64,000 nt of DNA, taken from NCBI GenBank assembly GCA_053919585.1, contig CM132786.1; one strand, given 5' to 3'. The stretch is from Euprymna scolopes. Lineage: Eukaryota. The notes under the pieces were generated by a model. That model was not told where the DNA came from, did not search any database, and saw only the letters and a list, made by a program, of their open reading frames with translations. The position numbers and the translations under genes were made by a program. Below, one piece after another: positions 1 through 12,509 of the stretch. Position 1 is the first letter of the stretch. Each line of letters starts with the position of its first letter.

Positions 1-1750
1 TTGTTTGGAAGAAGAGTGCTATATTTAGCAAGCCAATGCAAGTTGGAAATGCCGTTATAGATCAGGAGCTTGAAAAGCTTGAAGGAATGACACCTTATGA
101 AATTTGGAAGCTAATATTTTCTACCGAAATGTTGCAACATATAGTTTTTCAAACTAACCTGTATGCCAATAGGGATAAAAACGTTGAAAAATTCATAACA
201 TTACAACATGAAATGAAACAATTTTTAGGGATCATCTTGTTATCAGGATATCATCTCGTACCACAAGAGAAGCTGTGTTGGTCAACCCAGCCTGATTTTC
301 GTGTAGAAATTGTTGCTAAAACTATGAGTAGAAACAGGTATCTTGAAATAAAAAAGTACTCACACTTTGCTGATAATCTGAAGCTTACTGCAGGTAATAA
401 AATGAGTAAAATTTCACCATTATATGATATGATGACTGAACATATTGTGCAATTTGGTGTTTTTCACAAACTGCTCAGTATGGATGAGTCAATGGTTCCA
501 TATTATGGACGTCACAGTGCTAAAATGTTCATCAGAGGGAAGCCAATACGTTTCGGATATAAAATCTGGTGTATTTGCGGCAATGATGGCTTTCCTTATC
601 ATATGAAAGTCTACCAGGGAAAGGAGGATAGCACTGAAAACTTGCCCCTTGGTACTAGGGTAATCAACGGCATGGTAGATGTTATAATGTCGAATACGGA
701 TATTACTTGTCACGAATTGTACTTTGATAACTTTTTTACAAGCTACAACCTACTGTCTGAACTAGGTGATAAGTGTTAGAGCAACTGGAACAGTAAGAGA
801 AACAAGAACATCTAATACAACGAAAAAGCTTATCTGCAGCAAAATTCTCAAGAAAAAGGAAAGGGGAGCTTTTGATTATTGTTCTGATGGAAAAGTTTAT
901 GTTGCAAAATGGCATGACAACTCAATTGTAACAATCGCAAGCAATTGGGAAAACCATAAGCCTGTGCATAAGGTAAGACGTCGTGTCAAAGGGGGAGAAA
1001 AGCAGGTTCCTCAACCGCATCTCGTACACTCTTACAATAAAGGAATGGGTGGTGTCGACCTAATGGATAGACTAGCTGAATCTTATCGACCTAGTATACC
1101 TAGGTAAAAAGTGGTACTGGCCACTCCTTATCAATGTAATAAATTTGTCAGTGATAGCAGCATGGAGGCTTCACTGCAAAACCGATCAAAAAAATACTAT
1201 CTCATTTGGAATTTCGCAGTCAAATCACACTGTGTTTGCTAAAGGCAGGACCACAACGTGGAAGAATATCTATGTCGGCTGGAACATTGCCCGCCAATGT
1301 AAGATTTGATGGAATGGATCATACATTAGGGTCCACAACACAAGGGAGATGCAAAGTGTGCAGCAAAAATACTAAAAATATGTGCAGAAAGTGTAATATT
1401 CAGTTACATGCGGAGGGGAAAATTATGTTTTGAAAAATATCATAAGAAACAATGAAAACATATAAAATAAACACTTCTTTTCTTATATTTTAGATCTAGT
1501 ATATTATACATGGAATTTTATTTTATAGCTTTATAAGAGATCACTTATTTTACAAAGAAATAAATTGTCAGAATTTCAATGTCGTTCACCTGTAACCTCC
1601 CAATGTTCCTTAAATGGAACACACAATAAAATAAAAAATTGATATCGTATAAAGTTCAAATTTTATATATAAAGTCATTAAGCTATGGTGAACTCATATT
1701 TTAAAATGAACGAAATCGTAAAGCAAATGCTATGGTCGGTCCAAAAAAGG
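1..1750 (+). mobile_element. piggyBac-superfamily DNA transposon (PGBD3-like), left end outside the window, right end at ...CCAAAAAAGG|TTAA
   Basis: Transposase remnants at 36-1455, then an AT-rich 3' region ending GG followed by the TTAA target site at 1751-1754. Confidence 0.85.
36..1455 (+). pseudogene. Frameshifted piggyBac transposase (DDE_Tnp_1_7-like)
   Basis: ORFs 36-779, 766-1107 and 1206-1433 carry SMDESMVPY, KPIRFGYK, YFDNFFTS, YNKGMGGVDLMD and a C-terminal Cys-rich CKVC...CRKC..LH motif; frame breaks near 770 and 1100-1200. Confidence 0.92.
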
Positions 1751-2549
1751 TTAATATTAGTCATATTATCCTTATTATTTTTATTGCTTTTATTGACGGC
1801 ATAAATTAGATTATTTTTAAACATAATTATTAGGATTTACATGTTAACAATTTATATTATTTAGATTTTGAATGCCATTTTCAAAACGTTAACGTTAATG
1901 TCACTTCCACTATGTTTCAAGTGTCTCTTGTCGAACTTGGAAATCTTTCTCGCTATCTCAGGAATCCGCACTGAATTTCGAAAAGAAGTTTTTATTTAAT
2001 TAAAGAGAGTAGCATGCTCTCATTTCATCAAGCATGACTGAGTAGAACCCTAAATAAGTTGCAGTTCTATTTTAGTGTGATCCGAAATAAGAAATGAATT
2101 TCAACATTTAGATGAGTGTTATGTACAACTAGATTTTTCTAGTATTTTATTCAGTTAGAGGAAATGTGATTTTTTTTGGGGGGGGGGGATAAAATCAATC
2201 ATCCTAACAATTTGGTTGTGACAAAAATTAAAATCGTTTCAGTCTAGAAGGATGCATGCTTCACTTTAGGAACTTAAAACAGATTAAAGACTGGGAAATA
2301 CGTTTTTAATGTTTCTCGTCAGCCATTAGTTCTATTTTAAATCTCTCTCCACCCAAATGGTAAATAATTGTTGAATTTAATACTCGTAGTTCTACCTATC
2401 AACGTTCTGTGAGTTACATTCACAAACTATCTAAATATAATTCACTGTGTCATTTGTTTGTCGTTAATAAAAATAAGTAAATTCCCTTTCTTTGTCCAGT
2501 TCGTTTTATGGTTCTCTACTTACGATGCATCAGTCCACAACTCCATTCT

Positions 2550-2883
2550 TGTCATAGACTATTTGATCAAGATAGTAATCAAGACAGTTCCCCACCCTCC
2601 TTATTCTCCAGACATTGCTCTCTGTGACTTTTTGTTAATCGCTAAGCTCAAGTGGGGTGCCGTTATGAGACAATTGAGGAGTTGAAAGAAACCGCGATGA
2701 GTGTAATAGACACGCTCACACAGGAGGACTTCCATGGGGCCTTCCAGAATTTATTACAACGTTACGACAAGTCCATTGCAGCTGCATTGGATTACTACAG
2801 AAAGGGAGTAGAGTATCATGTCAACACTATCAATAAATGTGGCTATACAAAAAAGTCTGGAAATTTATTGAAGCCACCTCATA
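2550..2883 (+). mobile_element. mariner 3' fragment with right TIR
   Basis: VPHPPYSPDIALCDF motif; C-terminal RYETIEELK...FHGAFQNLLQRYDK in the next frame; ends GGAAATTTATTGAAGCCACCTCA|TA. Confidence 0.8.
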
Positions 2884-3862
2884 TATTACTGTTATAGCCC
2901 TATTAAAGGTTTACAAAGAACACAGAACGCCAAAGTAACAACACGTATTGCAAATCATGCAATACGTGGGTTGTTCCTCGTAGCCGACAAACGTCCTAGG
3001 TTGCTCCACCGGATATCGACTGACACTTTTCAGCATAGTCTATTCATAGGTAACATAGGTTAGTTTCGCCACAGCAGTTATTTAACTGAATATTTGTTCA
3101 TAAATCATTACTTGATTGTTTTGTATTGTTTACTTATATATGTAATGTTTTGAACTGATGAAAACATCAGAACACAAACGAATAAATTAATTTGATAAAG
3201 GACATTATCTGTTTGCTAGGATGGTAAGAGATCTAAGAGAAGTGGTGACGGTTTGTAGTGCTCTGGCGTCCGCTTACTGAACATGGAGATGAGGGTTGAT
3301 TCGCTCGCTATATATAGCAAAATTGATTAGTCGATATATGCAAGCTTGAAGACACTGCATTTCGGAGAGATAGATAGACAACCCTGTTCCTGTGGCCAAA
3401 ACCTTCAAAAGTTTCCTGGCCATCAAGTCGACTAGATATGTATTCCGTAGGTAGAAGACAGATAATTATTTCACATATAAAAGAAATCCTCCTGTTTTCT
3501 TTGCATAGATGTTTATCGCGAATGTAATCACCGCGTTAAACACGTTCTCGCCTATTTTGTTAATTTCCTCATATCAGTGATTGTAATTTGAAAGACGATA
3601 TCATCAATGGACATCTTTACAACATGGATCCGCTTCATTCGAAAAGGATAAGATTTAATAATGCATGTTTATGCGAAATTAATTACGTGAATACATAGAT
3701 ATTTGCAGGTATAGAAATGAGGCCTTACAAACTATAATCATTCACAATCGAATCGTATAATAGGCAGACAACTGATGTTGATCTAATCTGCCTCTAATGT
3801 AAATTTGTTATAATAAAAGCAAGATTAAAAATGACACACACATGCGAACACACACACACACT

Positions 3863-4086
3863 TAATTACTTAAAGTTTACGCATAAATTTATACTTTTGC
3901 ATATTAATTTTATGTGAGTAAATGAAGTAGTTATATATATATATATATATATATATATAACTACTTCATTTACTCACATAAAATTAATAGTATGAAGTAG
4001 TTATATATATATATATAACTACTTCATTTACTCACATAAAATTAATATACAAAAGTATAAATTTATGCGTGAACTTTAAGTATTTA
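3863..4086. repeat. Compound palindrome centred on two (TA)n tracts
   Basis: Left arm 3867-3932 is the near-exact reverse complement of 4017-4082; an internal second hairpin (GAAGTAGTTA(TA)nTAACTACTTC) occurs twice. Confidence 0.9.
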
Positions 4087-4270
4087 CTTTAAAATTGCTC
4101 AATACGTAGGTAGAGCTAGTTAGTAAGTTATAAAATATATATCGCGCTTAAGCTACATTGAATATTCCGCGTTCCATCCACTCTAGGACTCTTCAGGCTT
4201 ATGCGCATAAGTCATGACATAGGTCATCAGTACCATCTGTTTCAAACCTGATAATTAGGCACTGTTTTAG

Positions 4271-4346
4271 ATACGCATATCAAGCTCTCTTCATCTAATA
4301 CTCATTATACGCTATACGCATATCAAGCTCTCTTCATCTAATACTC
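4271..4346. repeat. 33-bp direct duplication, period 43
   Basis: ATACGCATATCAAGCTCTCTTCATCTAATACTC at 4271-4303 and 4314-4346. Confidence 0.9.
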
Positions 4347-5121
4347 TTTTATAACCGGAAACGGAAACATATATATACATTACGAGTTCACGTTTAACTC
4401 TCGTTTTGTGAAATACTCCCCCTTATTTATCGGATGACCCGATGTTATTAAATTTAAAGTTTAATTTCAATTAATTTTCGAGTTAATATTTTTTTTAAAA
4501 AAAGTTAAATATTAACTCCAAAATTTATTTTAAAAATAGCATTCTAAATTTAAAACTATCGCAATATCAAATCAAATGTCCATTTAATTATATAGAAATT
4601 CATTGAAAAATTTCAAACATTTCATGATTTGGGGGGTAGAATACTTATTTAGCCTAAGGGTTTTTTTTCCGCTATACTAACATCCATAATATTGCATTCC
4701 TTTTTTTACCAAATAGTTTTAAATTGAAATAAAGTGTAAAATACATTTTATAAAACATGATTTTTAAAAATACGATCTAAATCCAAATTTACTAAAAAAT
4801 CAAAGAAGATATGGGCCCAGTGGTTGACTTTACTACGATGAATCAGAATAAAAAATTAACATTTAAATAAAAATGTGAATCGTTTTAGGGGGTGGGGTTT
4901 AGGTTTTGTATTTTTTACTGTCCCAGTTGATAAGGAGTGCTTTCCTTCTGTGTATACAATTTTCTAGAGATTCACTCGTTACATTTAAACATCTTTTTTC
5001 TGAGTCATGAATTGGCCGTACGACATGGTATTTTTCCACATTACAAAGTGAGTATGTATTTACTTCTAGGGCGTATGCTGGTTTATGATAAATTTTTCTC
5101 CGTTTGATGGTAAAACGTGTG

Positions 5122-5340
5122 CCCTTTTCTTTAAGCCTGGGTTGCTAAGGCTGTTTTTATCCTTGTTTTAGCTTTGAAAGATCTCATATGTGCATAATGT
5201 CTTTACTTAAATGAACCTTGTGTCATTCCAATGTATTCTTCAGGTAAGCAAGGATATCCTGCATACATGAGCTCCTTTAGAGCTAAAACAAGGATAACAA
5301 AAGCCTTACCAACCCGCGTATGTAAGCTTAAAGAAAAAGG
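5122..5340. mobile_element. Foldback/MITE-like imperfect inverted repeat (~220 bp)
   Basis: 5122-5198 (CCTTTTCTTTAAGC...TTATCCTTGTTTTAGCT...) matches the reverse complement of ~5255-5340 (...AGCTAAAACAAGGATAA...GCTTAAAGAAAAAGG). Confidence 0.6.
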
Positions 5341-5509
5341 AACATCAGTAGGAGACGCAGCATGAACGCTAAATTATTTTATTTCTCTATCCGTCATTTT
5401 TTCTAAGCATTTAAAATCACAAGAATATATATTAAATATGATATTCTATAGAGAATTGGCTCTGTAATAATAAATACGAAATCGGCATGAATTTAAATAT
5501 ATTTAAGCG

Positions 5510-5875
5510 TAATTTATGACCCGGCAAGGCCGTGATCCTGTCCCCACAAGTAAACAAATGAAACAATTTCAAATCTTGAACCGCATTGCTTTCCACCCAT
5601 TCAACTGAACATGCAAGTTCTGTGTTTAACCTCACTAACCTCAATAAAGCTGATAACCTTGAGATCCGATTAGAGACATGCAAAACCTTGAGTTATTAAA
5701 CCAACGATTAATAGATACTCGAATTAGTATAATTGCTTAATAAACTGTCAGTTTTTTCTTTATAATTAATTTATAGCAATACAAAACTAGCAGATGCACC
5801 CGGTATTCTCCAGATATAAAATACATCAATCAAATCAATTGTTTAAACGTATGCAAACATTAATTGAGTTAATAG
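5510..5875 (+). repeat. Unclassified dispersed repeat, copy 1 (copy 2 at ~12545-12920)
   Basis: Shared TAACCTTGAGATCCGATTAG...TTGAGTTATTAAACCA...ATTAGTATAATTGC at 5654 and 12706, with flanking similarity on both sides. Confidence 0.8.
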
Positions 5876-5898
5876 AATACTAAAGTAACTACGTAATA

Positions 5899-6215
5899 TA
5901 CGAGTGTCGTTTAAAAGTAAAATTTCCTAATTTTAACTTTAAATGTTGAAGATCTACGCAGTTGGAAGTGGTATCATAAAAACGAGCGAACTTTTGTACT
6001 CCGGAATTAAATTTTCTACATAGTCACGACTATTGTCAATGCACTTTTTTCAGCCATGTTCATTAGATTTGCATGGACGGCTGAAGCGCGCTTTGCTATA
6101 TTAGTAAAGTTTAAGATCTATGAAGACGGTGGTGGTACCGTAAAAGCAAGCAACCTTTTTGATCACAAAATTTACTTTTCTAGATAGTCAAAATTATTCT
6201 CAATACACCTTTACA
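5899..6215 (-). mobile_element. Two tandem mariner right-end remnants
   Basis: TIR-like TA|CGAGTGTCGTTTAAAAGTAA; minus strand reads KKCIDNSRDYVE (mariner C-terminus) at ~6013-6050; a diverged second copy lies at ~6110-6215. Confidence 0.6.
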
Positions 6216-6443
6216 ATGGATTTTAAAACGCACATCTATGACAAGGGTTGTTTCTCAGAATTATTACACTTTAGGACATCTCGACAAGAATTTGTTAATA
6301 TAAGATTTTAAAATGAATATGTTGTAGTAAGCTGGGAAACAACACCATTATATATTGTTTAACAGACGGACAGTTCTTTGAAAGTCACTTTGCTTTGTCT
6401 TTAGTTAAATATAAGGCCAGAATATAATGCAGTCAGCTTAGCA

Positions 6444-7055
6444 TAGAGGGTGGAGCGATAAACTTGTCGCCCTAAAGAAAGCAGTTAAACAGCTTTATTT
6501 TAAAACTTTTATTGAAAAAACAATTCGGGTGATTTGATTATGTAGTAGAACGTTCATCTATTTAATGTAGCGCCCTTCACCCTCAATAATCGCCTCGATA
6601 CGAATCCGGAACTGGGAGCATGCCTTTTCCTCAAGTATCGGCTGGAACTCAGCGAATACTCAACGGATTGTGGCGATCATACTGGCCTTAGTGTTGTAGG
6701 AGGCAATGTTGGTGATGTTCTCGACGTATAACCAAACGAAGTAGTCAAGCAGGTTTAGGTCGGGGGAAGAAGGGGCCCAGTGAGAGAAGGGTATAAAGTT
6801 GTAGCACTTCGTCTGAAGCCAAGCCTGCGTCTTTTTGGAAGTGGTCTGACGCCGAGTCCTGCTGCCACATGCAAAGTCTGCCAGCGGCCACCTTAGTGTG
6901 CCAGATCACCAAACTCATCAGCACATCCAGATACACTTTGATGTTGACTTTCAAGCTGACTTTGAATATGTGAGGTCGCATGATGTGGCTGTCATTTGAA
7001 ACCACAATAAAAACCATAACCGTGGTCGGAAACTTTGTTTTCCTCACACTGGGAT
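6444..7055 (-). mobile_element. DD37D (maT-like) Tc1/mariner 3' half
   Basis: TKFPTTVMVF...PHIF...WQQDSA, then a frameshifted PDLNLLDYFVW-type motif and C-terminal RIEAIIEGEGRYIK* (stop 6558-6560); TIR-like TA|GAGGGTGGAGCGATAAA at 6444. Confidence 0.82.
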
Positions 7056-7689
7056 CGTGCCTGTTAATCGTAATAATTCAGCGATGCATTATGAGATTGT
7101 TGAGAATGGTTCTATTGTCGTAACTTGGATCGGTAGAGAGCATGAGTTGTACAGCGGCACATCTCCAATCTCGCTCGTTAAAAATTGTGTCACTTACAGT
7201 CTTTATAGAAGGCAGCTATCGCGTTTGGGATTTGTACACAACTGGCCAAAGAGTAGATTGTTTGCAATAAAAAAAACACGAAAACCGGTTTTCATCAGAC
7301 ATAAATGTAATCATGTCATCTTTTTTAGAGTGAGAATTTTATCGTTCCACCTTGTAGACGCACTACTAACTGCACCTTCGCAGATTTACCCGGAAATCCT
7401 TGTATTTCTATTCATGTTTCAATTCATTAATACATCACAGTGATAGAAAAATATCATCAAGTTTGCTGGATCTTACAAACATGGAAGATGAGGAGCCGCC
7501 ATGGTTTCAGAATCGTTAACCAAAAAAGTTGTTGGCTATGCTGTTAATAGGGTGCGAACATTTCCTATTTTCTATACAATTTCTAAAGGAAAACTTATTA
7601 GTTTTAGCTTTTGGCTAATATGCGCTTCTTTCACCTCAAACCGTTTCTGTAATCGCGACGGGAAATATGCTGGGGTACGAAGATTCGTA

Positions 7690-8100
7690 TCTATCAGTCG
7701 ATGGTAAAGACTATGTTTATTATGACTACGAGACGTGGCCTATGAGTGAATCACATCTGCCAAACTGGAAGTCTTCGACACCAACTTCCCAGCGTTCTGT
7801 GTTGCCGCCGTGGAGACGGTGTTCCGCTTTCTACTCCACACCGCAGACTAAACCTACACCTATTGCTGTCTGCCTTTCTTTATCGACGTCTCCAGTGGTT
7901 TTGACATGTACTAATCGACCAGAGTGAGAGTTCATTCACGAGGCCCGCTTTCATCCTCTCTGCCTAGTTGGCGCAAATGTGTAGCTGAAGCCTGAGCGAA
8001 ATCAATTAAGGCCGAGCAAACAACGCTACTTGCCTCACAAGTAGTTGGTCTCCGGCGATAGTACATGGAGTATCCTACAACCTAGCCGATGATCGACTAA
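7690..8100 (-). mobile_element. Highly degenerate RTE-like LINE 3' remnant
   Basis: GC-richer block; the minus strand has traces of MK...WR...KKG and a decayed terminal zinc-finger-like segment. Weak. Confidence 0.3.
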
Positions 8101-8574
8101 ATTGAACTGCAATGGTTCGAGATGCAATTCTTGCTCAGTCCAACTACAATGATAGCAACCATAAGTCCAAGTATGTAATTTGCGCTTTTATTAAAGGTGA
8201 ACCTATCATGCATGGCTTGTGTCTTAATTATTTCAAGGTTTATTTAACGCTCCAAACTTGTTATTTCATCCATGTGTGCTGTTGTCATTTTTCTAAAGTC
8301 TATAAAACTAATAATATTCGTATGATATTAGGAGTTTCCAAATTCCTTGATAGAAATCGCGTAATTGTTATTTATTAAGAACACCACGTCAATTGCAGCT
8401 AAGTTAATGTTGTGGGACTCAGGCAAATGCAATATATGAACTATTCCAACGCTATAAATATACCTAGATATGCGCCATATTGGCATTAAGTATTTCAACG
8501 TTTCTTTTATTTTACTCCCGTTCATCCTTAAGTAGCATACGTCCAAGGAGTATATCGCTACTTCGATTTAAGGA

Positions 8575-8990
8575 GCTACTATTTGGGATCATGCCTAGGA
8601 AAGACTAATATCTTGGTTTACGTTATATTTAAACTGTGTCATAGCAGTATACTCAGGGAAGCAGGTAGCTGGAAGAGAATTTCGAAGCCAAGTTAATCTA
8701 GTGGAGTAATTATTATAGTAGAAAGCTTTCTGATATTAAGTAACCTAAACAGTGCAGAGGTATGATTTTGTTGCTAAGCGGGTTCTCAGGGTTATGTACG
8801 TTTAGGGGACACAAGTGCAACGAGTTCATTAAAGCACATTCTATGAAAATACATCTAAAACAGGAACATAGATGTAGCACTTGTTCTCTATGTATTTTGT
8901 CTTGTAAATACAAATAACCTGGTCTAAATATGTGCATGTTACCGGGCCACAACAATTAGCGTATGATTTTTTTTTAAATAAGACCGAATG
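8575..8990 (-). mobile_element. Degenerate CR1/L2-group LINE 3' fragment
   Basis: GGGAAGCAGGTAGCTGGAAGAGAATT is the minus-strand NSLPATCFP, homologous to the LINE ends at 11660, 13580 and 21890. Confidence 0.6.
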
Positions 8991-10304
8991 TATGAAAACC
9001 AGATCTGTAAGAAAAAAAGAATGCCCCGGGTTAAAGGAAATATGTGTTTCTTAATATTGAGGTAGAGAGCATCAAGACAAACGGTATAAAAAAAAGACAG
9101 AACGATGACGAATGGCGTCATGTTGTCACGCTGTGGAGAAACAAAGGTTTTCTCAATCAGTTTCACTATGGAAGCTGTACAAATAAGACATCGCCAACGA
9201 TGTAGAAATAATCAAAGCTAAAAGTTGTATCAATCTCTCTCACTTATTTAAGTAAATAAGTAATAAAATAAAGTTAAGATGTAATTAATTAACCGAGATA
9301 ACATTAGTATCTCTCTTTCCTGAGTCCACCTTCCTCAAAGAAACCACGAGGAAAATTCAGCGAATGTCTCCTTGTGTCATTTTACTTCATGAAAAGTAGC
9401 TTATTACGATTACAGCAGCTAGACGAAACGCCTACAACGAAAAGAAGCGAGTATGAAGATAATATAAAGATCTACGGATAAACACTCTACGCGAATGTAT
9501 AATACTTTATTGAAAATATTACATTATTAAAGCAGACGTATGTTCCTTACTTTGTTTAGTAGAAACCTATTTTCTAATTTTTTCTCTTTAAAATTAATTG
9601 TTGATCATGCAAAGTCAATTATAAAACAAAGCAAGTTCAATTAAAAGTTATGAAAAACTATTAGCTTACATAAATATTTTAAACATGTCTGCCAATTAAG
9701 ACGAGTTGTTTCAATGTGGAGAAGTCGATTTAAAAAGTGTGTATGTTTATATGTTGCTATATTTCTATGTAAGACTTTTACTAATTTATTGATTATTATG
9801 AAACTTTGAAATATCTGATACGCCATGGCGTTGAATTATGGATTGTAGAAAAGATAATTTTGTTTAATAAATGTGGGTAAATTGGCTAGAAACCGTGAGG
9901 AATAATTCAAATATGTCCGACTCTCTGGAACTGTAAAAATAGATATAAAATATGAAATAGTCAATATTTTTAGGTTTCGTGTATTTAAACTATTTTTAAA
10001 GAATTTAAGGAAATAATATTACAACGACCTGGTATTTGAAAATTGAAATATATCAGATTTGTATTGATTTAAATTTTATAATCATATTACACAAAATTAG
10101 CAGAACTTATATAATATCTATTTCTTCTTTAAATTAAATATTAGACATTTTCTCGGACTAAATCTTGGTGATATTTTTTTTAGAGTTGAGATAAGGATTC
10201 TAAACATAAGAAGTAATATCATTATTCTTAATGAAAATTTGCGTAAGGAAATTTAAAAAAATTAATAGAAATGGTTCTTTCCAGGGAATGAATTTTAGTA
10301 GTCT

Positions 10305-10306
<2 letters not shown>

Positions 10307-10377
<71 letters not shown>
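10307..10377. repeat. (TA)n microsatellite
   Basis: Pure AT dinucleotide run of ~71 bp. Confidence 0.98.
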
Positions 10378-10380
<3 letters not shown>

Positions 10381-10687
10381 TTTACACAGGAATCACCACT
10401 TGTCAAGGCAGAAGACCACTCAAGGATAAGGGTTAATGAGTATACATTAGTCAATGTGATTATAGCGCAGTAAACATAAGTAGTGGGAATTTTGTATATT
10501 GGATTACTTAGGGGGACGGTTCAAGAACTTGTTTACGTTGGACTTGAATGCAATCAGATTGTAGTCAGCTGGAAAGCAGGCGAACAGAAGAGAGTTCCAC
10601 AGAAAGAATCTTTGTTCGGGAAATCTACATTTAGGTTTAGGCACAGACAAAGAGTGTGGGAAATTATTGATAGTGGTTTCAGCCAGA

Positions 10688-10689
<2 letters not shown>
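10378..10689 (-). mobile_element. 5'-truncated CR1/L2-group LINE 3' end (same family as 21689-23580)
   Basis: RLAETTINNFPHSLSVPKPKCRF...LWNS...FKSNVNKFL*, plus 3'UTR CACCACTT.TCAAGGC...CCACTCAAGGATAAGGGTTAA shared with 21710-21755. Confidence 0.9.

Positions 10690-10770
<81 letters not shown>
10690..10770. repeat. (TA)n microsatellite
   Basis: Pure AT dinucleotide run of ~81 bp. Confidence 0.98.
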
Positions 10771-10773
<3 letters not shown>

Positions 10774-11110
10774 ATTTACAATGCCTCCCCACGGGACAGA
10801 GTTAGACACCAGGGTCGTGGAGAAAAGGAACAAAAATAAAAATTGTCTCAGGCGTGAAGGATTTCTCCTCCACTGACAGAGAACCAAAAATTGAAGCGCA
10901 GCATCTGAAGAACATATACTACACTTTGATCTTGACCCGAAGGTCAATAGCGAAGAATAAAAAAAACAAAATTGTGGATCCTATATATTGTATTTGTAAG
11001 AAGTTTACAAAATATTTCATTTTCTTTTAAACCTTTATTGATCCTATAGATTTTGTTTTCTGTTTTAAATTTTTAATTGTTGTCATTTTATATATTTAAC
11101 CTGACCCTTA

Positions 11111-11270
11111 TACGAAGGCCGTACCAAAAGTAAAGCATCTTATTTTTAACCCAAACAGTTGAAAAACTACGAAAACAGAGGAAAGACCATTAAAACGAGC
11201 GACTTATTAGGCTCCAGAATTTATTTTTCTACATGGTAACTGCTATTCTCAATACCTTTTTGCGTGAATT
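11111..11270 (-). mobile_element. mariner right-end remnant (same family as 5899-6215)
   Basis: TA|CGAAGGCCGTACCAAAAGTAA TIR-like start; shares AAAACGAGCGA...TTTTCTACAT.GT...TATTCTCAATAC with 5980-6045. Confidence 0.55.
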
Positions 11271-11624
11271 TAATTGCGCATTTCTGTATGAAAAAGATTT
11301 GATTTATTAGAGGCTCACACCGTCAATATCTGCAACAGATATATGAAGTTTTCAGGTCATGAATGAATAAGTGTCGTCAAAATGACAATTCAATGTACAA
11401 TCCTTTCTGAAAAATGCGGCATTACTTTTGGAATCTTACTTGCGCATTGAAAACGGTGTGCTTGAAGGAACGAATCTTTCAGCAGCTCTGTTCAATATTA
11501 ACATATATACAAAGCTTTGCATGGATTGCAGCAGAGATTAAAAAATAGACTGAATAGCGTGATTCTAAATATCACCCTTCTAAACAATGTGTGTTTTTCA
11601 ATCACAAAATACTTAATGATTCGC

Positions 11625-11850
11625 ATTTATTTTTATTTATTTTTTATTATATTTAAACCACGAACAAGGCACATTGCCACTTTGATGTAGGAGGTTACTA
11701 CCAAGGACCTTAGCAACAGGGGTACTATGTACGGAATGTGGCAGCAATATGTTTGTTCACGTTACACTTGAACGTCTGCATGTCAGTACAGTTGGGGAAG
11801 CAGGTACCTGGAAGGGAATTCCAAAGTCTAGCAGGTCTTAGAAATGAAAT
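11625..11850 (-). mobile_element. CR1/L2-group LINE 3' fragment with (TTTA)-like tail
   Basis: Minus strand ARLWNSLPGTCFPNCTDMQTFKCNVNK; T-rich tail at ~11627-11650. Confidence 0.75.
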
Positions 11851-12153
11851 AGCTACAACGCTCAGAGTCATTGATTTCATATAACCAATGACTTCCGATC
11901 GAACGGATTTCTCATCGGTATGAACTAAAAATGTTCCGTTAAATAATTTTAAAACAGAAATATAAAACTTTCAGTAATTAATCAGCTTTGCAACAGTATT
12001 AATAATTATTAATAAGCTCTTTAACACGATAACCATCCACATTCTGTATGATAGTAAAGCAAATTCGCATGCGTAGAAACGAAATTTTGATATGTGCATC
12101 TAAAACTAACAAATAAAAAACTATGACGAATAAATTTACGCTCCAACTATGCT

Positions 12154-12509
12154 TGGTCCTGTCGGTGGGGCATTAGAATACACCGACTGCCCCCCCCCCC
12201 TGCAGAGGGTAAAAGTCCCTCAATGGGGGTCCTGGATATGACCTTAAACTATATCCAGTGGTGAGGCCCCAGCTTGTGAGCTTTGGGGAGTGGGGAGCCA
12301 CCCTTTAATTACCATTGCTCCCAGGTCCATTCTGACCCGGAGTGGTAGTACCTGTTAGGGTTCCAACTATGGGTTGAATAGAAACCGACTTGAAAACAAC
12401 AAATATATTCTATTAAAAAAAAATTCTTCAAAATCTTTGGATTCGGCATTAAATAACCCGAAAAGGGTTGATATGCCGTAAAACAAAAATCAACCAACCA
12501 ACCAACCAA
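12154..12509 (+). mobile_element. SINE-like retroelement with (CCAA)n tail and target-site duplication
   Basis: ~355-bp GC-richer body; 3' hairpin AACCCGAAAAGGGTT; CAACCAACCAACCAACCAA tail; candidate TSD CCAACTATGCT (12143-12153) / CCAATTATGCT (12506-12516). Confidence 0.75.

Noticed and set aside
36-1433. Domesticated PGBD gene
   Set aside because: Multiple frameshifts and a retained transposon end with TTAA indicate a dead element.
7057-7443. 128-aa ORF as a host gene
   Set aside because: GTG start, no recognisable domain, lies between TE remnants.
10200-10947. ORFs with (YI)n tracts
   Set aside because: Translations of (TA)n microsatellites plus a LINE fragment.
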